64,000 bases of DNA. Source: Lingula anatina. Its lineage: Eukaryota > Animalia > Brachiopoda. Where the stretch lies: contig CM120645.1 of assembly GCA_051362555.1 (NCBI GenBank), forward strand, positions 17,174,001 through 17,238,000, given 5' to 3'. The notes below the pieces were generated by a model that had not been told where the DNA came from, did no database searches, and saw only the letters and a program-made list of their open reading frames with translations. Below, piece after piece: positions 63,676 to 64,000 of the stretch. The translations under genes were made by a program, and so were the position numbers. The stretch's first letter is position 1. Each line of letters opens with the position of its first letter.

Positions 63676-64000
63676 CTGACACAGATACAGATACAGGAGT
63701 CATAAAATTAAGGCTTCTTTTGCTTTTCTGATGATCATCATTACACTGTCTACACTGGTTGACAGTGGACACTGGTCATAGCCTCCCTGACTGTCCTAAC
63801 ACCGACCACTTCACACTTCATGACTTAACCTTGATCAAGATGAATTTCTGAATGCTGAGGAATCAGCACTTTGGGAAAATGGACAGGTTAATTTTATGAA
63901 AGCTGAGATATTTAATTCTTTATATACTTTCGTGTATAGGCTTCAAAAACTAATGCCAAATAACTTGCACATATTAATCATAAATTGGCAAAATTATACA

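Overview
AT-rich, intron-containing animal genomic DNA; the gene and transposon content suggests a marine invertebrate, probably a lophotrochozoan/mollusc (inference). Genes built by hand from splice sites and exon phases: (1) the last exon of a PARP-domain gene at the left edge plus a complete six-exon tandem paralog (5680-13199, about 734 aa) fusing a glycosylated N-terminus and about 8-9 hydrophobic segments to an H-Y-E PARP catalytic domain; (2) a two-exon GRL101-like CUB/C-type-lectin/LDLa/LRR/7TM receptor cut by a 284-bp TA-flanked MITE; (3) a BTB-BACK-Kelch gene; (4) a CNBP-like gene with nine zinc knuckles; (5) the 3' exons of REXO4. Mobile DNA: a very young intact BEL/Pao LTR retrotransposon (37650-45435), an Academ-type element with nested LINE fragments, a Helentron/HINE-type element carrying a 146-bp satellite and an IS3EU-like MITE, a probable solo LTR and several MITEs. 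Top leads: (a) the BEL/Pao element has no tRNA-type PBS, but its first 10 internal bases are exactly complementary to the exon junction formed by splicing a 151-nt intron inside its own LTR, suggesting splice-dependent self-priming; (b) the tandem multi-pass-membrane PARP family. All calls were made by eye with no database searches.
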